A stretch of DNA of 59,043 bases, the filler included. It is 8 parts of 8 records of this genome, joined end to end, with 100 filler letters (N's around TTAATTAATTAA, not from the genome) between each part and the next. Parts side by side here need not be neighbours in the genome. Positions count along the whole stretch, not along the records: positions 53,719 to 59,043 come from SRR31147125_95334; 7 more parts are not named here. One strand, written 5' to 3'. The notes below the pieces were generated by a model. That model made no database searches, was not told where the DNA came from, and saw nothing but the letters and a program-made list of their open reading frames with translations. This document shows, one piece after another, positions 54,500 to 59,043 of this stretch; positions within the stretch are counted from its first letter, which is position 1, and each line of letters begins with the position of its first letter. A program made the translations under genes and the position numbers.

Positions 54500-55300
54500 A
54501 TGAATAAAACATTATTTAAATCAAATATTAAATCCAATTGGGGTATTTTTGTTTTTATAGCTAGTATGCTTATGATTTATGTAGCTACATCCATAGCAAT
54601 GTTCGATCCAGAAAGTGCTGATGCAATGGATGCTATGTTTGCAATGCTTCCAGAGGGGATGATGAAGGCGTTTGGATTTAAAGGACTAGGGACAGATATA
54701 ACTACATATTTAGCCGGATATTTATATGGGTTTATATTAATAGTATTTCCAATAATTTATACAATAATTGTTTCTAATAATTTAGTTGCAAAACATGTAG
54801 ATAGAGGTTCAATGGCTTATCTTTTAGCAACTCCCAACACAAGAGTTAAGGTAGCAGCTACACAAGCACTGTATTTAATTTTTTCTGTTGTAGCTTTAAT
54901 GATAATAATGGTATGCTCTCTAATAGGACTATCCGAAGCTATGTTTGCAGGACATTTAGAGATAGGCAAATTTTTAGTTCTAAATTTTGTAACATTACTT
55001 GTAATATTAACGGTTGCTGCAATCAGCTTTTTAGCATCATGTATATTTAGTGATACAAAATTATCTTTAGCATTTGGCGCAGGCATCCCAATAGCGTTTG
55101 TAATGTTTAAAATGGTTGCAGATATTAGCGAGAAGGTAGAGTTTTTCAAATATTTCAGCCTTTACACTTTGTTAAACACTGATAAAATATTAAACGACAA
55201 TTCCTATGTAGTAACAGTCAGCCTAATATTAGTTGCAGCCTCTGCAGTTTTATATTCACTAGGAATATATATTTTCAATAAAAAAAGCTTAGCTATTTAA
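54500..55300 (+). CDS. ABC-2 exporter permease
   Basis: About 6 hydrophobic segments; VDRGSMAYLLATPNTR. Confidence 0.88.
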   Translation: MNKTLFKSNIKSNWGIFVFIASMLMIYVATSIAMFDPESADAMDAMFAMLPEGMMKAFGFKGLGTDITTYLAGYLYGFILIVFPIIYTIIVSNNLVAKHVDRGSMAYLLATPNTRVKVAATQALYLIFSVVALMIIMVCSLIGLSEAMFAGHLEIGKFLVLNFVTLLVILTVAAISFLASCIFSDTKLSLAFGAGIPIAFVMFKMVADISEKVEFFKYFSLYTLLNTDKILNDNSYVVTVSLILVAASAVLYSLGIYIFNKKSLAI

Positions 55301-55313
55301 AGAAGGTGATTTA

Positions 55314-55997
55314 ATGGAGCTAAGAGATAGAATAATAAAAGCTTCTCTTGAAATATTCGGTGAAGTAGGATATGAAAAAGCAACTATAGCTCAGATAGTA
55401 AAAAGGTCAGAGAGCTCAAAAGGCGGGTTTTATCATCACTTTGAATCAAAAAAAGAAGTACTTGATGAAATAACCAAAATGTATCTTGATGAAGTAATGG
55501 ATGGTTATAATAAGCTGCTGGAGAATACAGATAAAGATACTATATATTTGCTTAATAAAGTATTTAATACGATAAATGATTATAAAAAGCAAAAGTTAAG
55601 CAGCTGGAAAGAACTGATGAATTTATATTCTCACAAGGATAGTTATTTAATTTTGCAAAAGATGGCATTTGAGTTTATTGATATGACAGCAAGCATATAT
55701 GAAAAGCTTATTTTAAAGGGTGTTGATGAGGGATTATTTAACCCCTCATGCCCTAAAGCACTAGCAAGTATGTGGACTCATGAAGTAACAAGACTGTACG
55801 GTAAAGTAAATGAATTAGTTGCAGCTAATGGTGATGATAAACTTTATATTGATTTTTTGGCGCAAGCGCAGTTTGTGGAAGACACTATAAACCACGCTTT
55901 AAATGCTGGTAAGGATATAATATTGATAAAGCAACATGCCGTTGAATATCTCAACATGGCTATAGAAACTATGAAAATGATGAATAGTAAATTATAA
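55314..55997 (+). CDS. TetR-family regulator
   Basis: GYEKATIAQIV...SKGGFYHHFESKKE. Confidence 0.92.
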   Translation: MELRDRIIKASLEIFGEVGYEKATIAQIVKRSESSKGGFYHHFESKKEVLDEITKMYLDEVMDGYNKLLENTDKDTIYLLNKVFNTINDYKKQKLSSWKELMNLYSHKDSYLILQKMAFEFIDMTASIYEKLILKGVDEGLFNPSCPKALASMWTHEVTRLYGKVNELVAANGDDKLYIDFLAQAQFVEDTINHALNAGKDIILIKQHAVEYLNMAIETMKMMNSKL

Positions 55998-56016
55998 AAC
56001 TAACAAATGTAGTTAG

Positions 56017-56043
56017 GAGCTGACGCAATGTTGGCTCTTTTTT
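56017..56043 (+). terminator. Rho-independent terminator
   Basis: GAGCTGAC-GCAAT-GTTGGCTC followed by T6. Confidence 0.7.
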
Positions 56044-56218
56044 AATTGCAATTTTTTAAATCATTTGCAAAATAAAGAAACTACATAGGCTTACTTTATT
56101 TTCTTTGTTATACATAATCTTAAACCATAGTGTCTTGAAAAGAGATTACACTCACAAGGCGTTGCTGATTAATTACATGTTTAAAAATCGCAGTAAGTTT
56201 TATATAAAAATTTTATAC

Positions 56219-56280
56219 TTGACAACTATTACGTTTACCGATACAATACTACGTAAGACGATATATCGTATAACGTAATA
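56219..56280 (+). promoter_or_regulatory. SigA promoter overlapped by three operator-like 18-mers
   Basis: TTGACA(56219)-17 bp-TACAAT(56242); repeats at 56227, 56247 and inverted at 56263. Confidence 0.75.
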
Positions 56281-56287
56281 AAGGAGC

Positions 56288-56617
56288 ATGGATATGCCAG
56301 AGAGTAAAAATGCATTAACAGAGGTAGTATATTATATTCTGCTTAGTTTATACACTCCACTTCACGGATATGGAATAATGCAGAATGTAAAAGATTTAAG
56401 TAGCGGTAGAGTGGATTTAGGATATGGAACATTATATGGAGCAATTAATACTTTGCTTTCTAAAGGTTGGATAGAACCTGTTGAAGTAGAGAAAGGCTCA
56501 AGGAAAAAGGAGTATGTAATCACAAATATAGGCAAAGGAATAGTGCAAGCAGAAATTTTAAGGTTAGATGAATTAATCAAAAACGGCAAAAAGATTATTA
56601 AGGAGGGTGAATTATGA
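56288..56617 (+). CDS. PadR-family regulator
   Basis: YYILLSL..PLHGYGIMQ...GTLYGA...RKKEYVIT. Confidence 0.92.
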   Translation: MDMPESKNALTEVVYYILLSLYTPLHGYGIMQNVKDLSSGRVDLGYGTLYGAINTLLSKGWIEPVEVEKGSRKKEYVITNIGKGIVQAEILRLDELIKNGKKIIKEGEL

Positions 56618-57174
56618 AACACGTAGTTAGAAAGGGTTATTCAGACTATGAGAAGGAAGAAAAATGGCTTAATGAAATGTAATCTAAGGGAATGCATCTA
56701 GATAATTACAGCTGGTGCAAATACACATTCAAGGAGGGAGAACCTGGAGAATATATTTATAGACTAGAGCTTTTGGAAAACATTGCAACTCATGCAGAGA
56801 GCATAGCTTATCTAAAGTTTTTAAAAGAAAGTGGAGTAGAGCATGTAGCATCCTATATAAGATGAGTGTACCTCAGGAAAAAAGCATCAGAAGGACCATT
56901 TGAAGTATATACTGATATAGAATCTAAAATTAAGTATTATAAAAGAGTAAACAGCTTTTGGTTGACTTTAGCATTAGCGGAGATTGCAATCGGGTGTAGC
57001 AATCTGACCATAGCAACATCTCACTTTGTATTAGGAGAAGTATCTGAGTTATTCAACATAAATTTTATTGCTGGGATACTATTTACACTTCTTGGGCTAT
57101 TTTTCATATTTGTATCAAGACCACTTCGCAAAAAGATACGAAAGCTAAAAAAGGATGCGGCAGTTCACCAGTAG
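56614..57174 (+). pseudogene. DUF2812-family membrane protein with two in-frame stops
   Basis: EKEEKWLNEM*SKG...YIYRLELL...VASYIR*VYLRK; TAA 56680-56682 and TGA 56863-56865; ATGA overlap with padR. Confidence 0.8.
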
Positions 57175-57271
57175 GACACTTAAAGCAAAAAGGGTATATT
57201 ATCATATCTTTTTTGTTGTAAATCTATAGTCCATATGGTAAGCTTAAACAGTAATATTAAGGAAGTGTTTT

Positions 57272-57378
57272 ATGCCTTTTTGCCCAAATATATGGGACAA
57301 ACCGTATATGTTAATAAAGAAGATTATAAAAAAGCTGAAGATATAGTAAAATCTTTCAAAGCTGAAATTATTAAGTAA
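57272..57378 (+). pseudogene. Internally deleted paralog remnant of the downstream gene
   Basis: MPFCPN joined out of frame to TVYVNKEDYKKAEDIV; RBS region near-identical to that of 57436. Confidence 0.65.
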
Positions 57379-57435
57379 TAAACAAGAATAAATCTTACTA
57401 TACAATAAATATATATTAAATAAGGAAGTGATTTT

Positions 57436-57843
57436 ATGCCTTGGTGTCCAAATTGCAAAGATGAATACAGAGAAGGATTTACAAAGTGTGCTGACTGTGA
57501 TGTAGACTTAGTGGATGAATTACCCATAGAGGAAGAACAGCATGATGAGAAGCCAGAAATTGCATTATTAGAAAAGCCGGTTGTGCTAGAGACATTTGCT
57601 AATGATATAGAGTTTATGTATGTTGCGTCGCTGCTTGACGATATGGATATTCCATATAGAGTACAAACTAGGGGGGAGAGCACAGTTAAAGGCTTACCAA
57701 CTGGTAATGTAGGTGTACATAAAACTATATATGTCGACGATAAGGACTATGACAGAGCAGAGGAGGTTCTAGAATCTTTAGATGCATATTTAATGGAAGA
57801 TTATGATGAAGAGGATCAAGACGATGATTGGAATGAAGAGTAA
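57436..57843 (+). CDS. Zn-ribbon + DUF2007-like protein
   Basis: MPWCPNC...CADC; SLLDDMDIPY...IYVDDKDYDRAEEVL; acidic tail. Confidence 0.75.
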   Translation: MPWCPNCKDEYREGFTKCADCDVDLVDELPIEEEQHDEKPEIALLEKPVVLETFANDIEFMYVASLLDDMDIPYRVQTRGESTVKGLPTGNVGVHKTIYVDDKDYDRAEEVLESLDAYLMEDYDEEDQDDDWNEE

Positions 57844-58002
57844 TTGGTAATTAAAAAACATTGTAATGATAACTAATTTCAATAACTTACCCTAACCCTA
57901 TGACCTAGGGTTTTGCTTATGTTAAAGTTTCTATTTCTTCTTGTCAATTTATTCGGTTAATTGTATACTTTAACTACAATAACTAAATAGAAGGAGAATT
58001 AT

Positions 58003-58847
58003 ATGGGCAAGAGCGATAGTAAAAGTGGTAATGTTAGTAGAGGATTTAGGATTAACTTAAGTAAATCAGGTGTTAGCTACGGCTTGGGAGATGCTAATAA
58101 CTTAGAAGATGTAGATTATGAGCAAATTATAAGTAAAATAAAAACCGCATCAACCTTAAAGGTAGTAAGTACTGTATTGGTGTGGTGTTTTATTTTAATG
58201 TTAAGTAATCAAACTATTCTTATCGGTTTTTTTGCAGGGATAATTGGAATTATAATGAAAATATACTTGCGAACTAAGGGAAGAGTCAATCTAATATATG
58301 AGTTAGACGATTATGCAGAGGAAATGTGCAAAAGTAGAGCAGAACTGTGGATGGGCTTAAATAATTGCGAATCTCTCTGGCAGATTGTAAAAGAAGCATC
58401 TGTAGACAATGCTAAAAAGAATGCAGGTGCTAGTGCAAACTTAGAGCGAGAAACGATATTTATAGAAAGTAAATTACCATATTATATCAAATCTAATTTT
58501 GATATTGTTAAATTAGAACTTGATAATGAAACTATCTTTCTTATGCCGGATATTATTTTAATTAAAAAAAGGGCGATTATTTGGTTGCCGGCTATGACGA
58601 AGTGGAATTAGAGATTAATATAGTTGACTTTGTAGAGGAAGAAGATGTAGATAGTGATGCAACAATAGCTGGATATACGTGGAAATATGTAAATAAGAAT
58701 GGGGCTCCTGATAAGAGATACTCTGATAATAAACAGTTAACAGTCTGCAAATACCCCCAATTAAAGATAGTTATCAAAGATGTATTATCTGTAGTGCTAC
58801 AATGTTCAAATTTGCAAATAGCTCAAAATTTTTACGAAAATATTTAA
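58003..58847 (+). CDS. DUF4236-related membrane protein (frameshift near 58570)
   Basis: GFRINLSKSGVSY; two hydrophobic segments; second ORF has WKYVNKNGAPDKRYSDN. Confidence 0.6.
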
Positions 58848-59043
58848 TTAGAAAATAGTATAAGAAAAAACGGTAATACAGAGACTGCAGCAAAATTGTA
58901 TAGAAAAATAAAGTCTTCCGCAAAAGTAACTAGTAAAATATACTAATTATAAAAGCGGAGGATTTTTTTGCGTACAGATTTCAGTTGATTCTGTGTAAAG
59001 AATGACAGATAAGATGGTGCCAATAATAGAAGAATTTATTTCC

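Noticed and set aside
56863-56865. TGA read as Trp (genetic code 4) in the low-GC piece
   Set aside because: The same gene also has an in-frame TAA, neighbours use TGG for Trp, and padR ends in TGA

Overview
This window is not one locus. It is eight unrelated contig pieces joined by identical 100-bp linkers (N44-TTAATTAATTAA-N44 at 6067, 16524, 22918, 31697, 40753, 46884, 53619), so adjacency across a linker means nothing. Taxonomy below is inferred from gene content and composition only. Pieces 1-3 and 5-7 look like Desulfobacterota (regulators, ABC transporters, P1B ATPase, pxpABC-like cluster, pduO operon, signalling proteins). Piece 4 looks like a non-Bacteroidetes FCB-group organism. Piece 8 is a low-GC Clostridia-like piece. 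Pieces 2, 3 and 5-8 carry many small indels, mostly in homopolymers and probably sequencing errors. The most interesting items are: (i) a LacI / TonB-dependent receptor / PorV-like barrel / 1219-aa T9SS-CTD protein locus with no SusD (23-31.7 kb); (ii) an integron-type attC cassette array without intI that includes a class D (OXA-like) beta-lactamase cassette (40.9-45 kb); (iii) a GAF-AAA+ activator lacking GAFTGA beside a degenerate Ser/Thr kinase and a CD-clan peptidase-like protein (37.3-40.7 kb); (iv) a coupled rubredoxin-like / pduO / FNR-like operon (17.8-19.1 kb).
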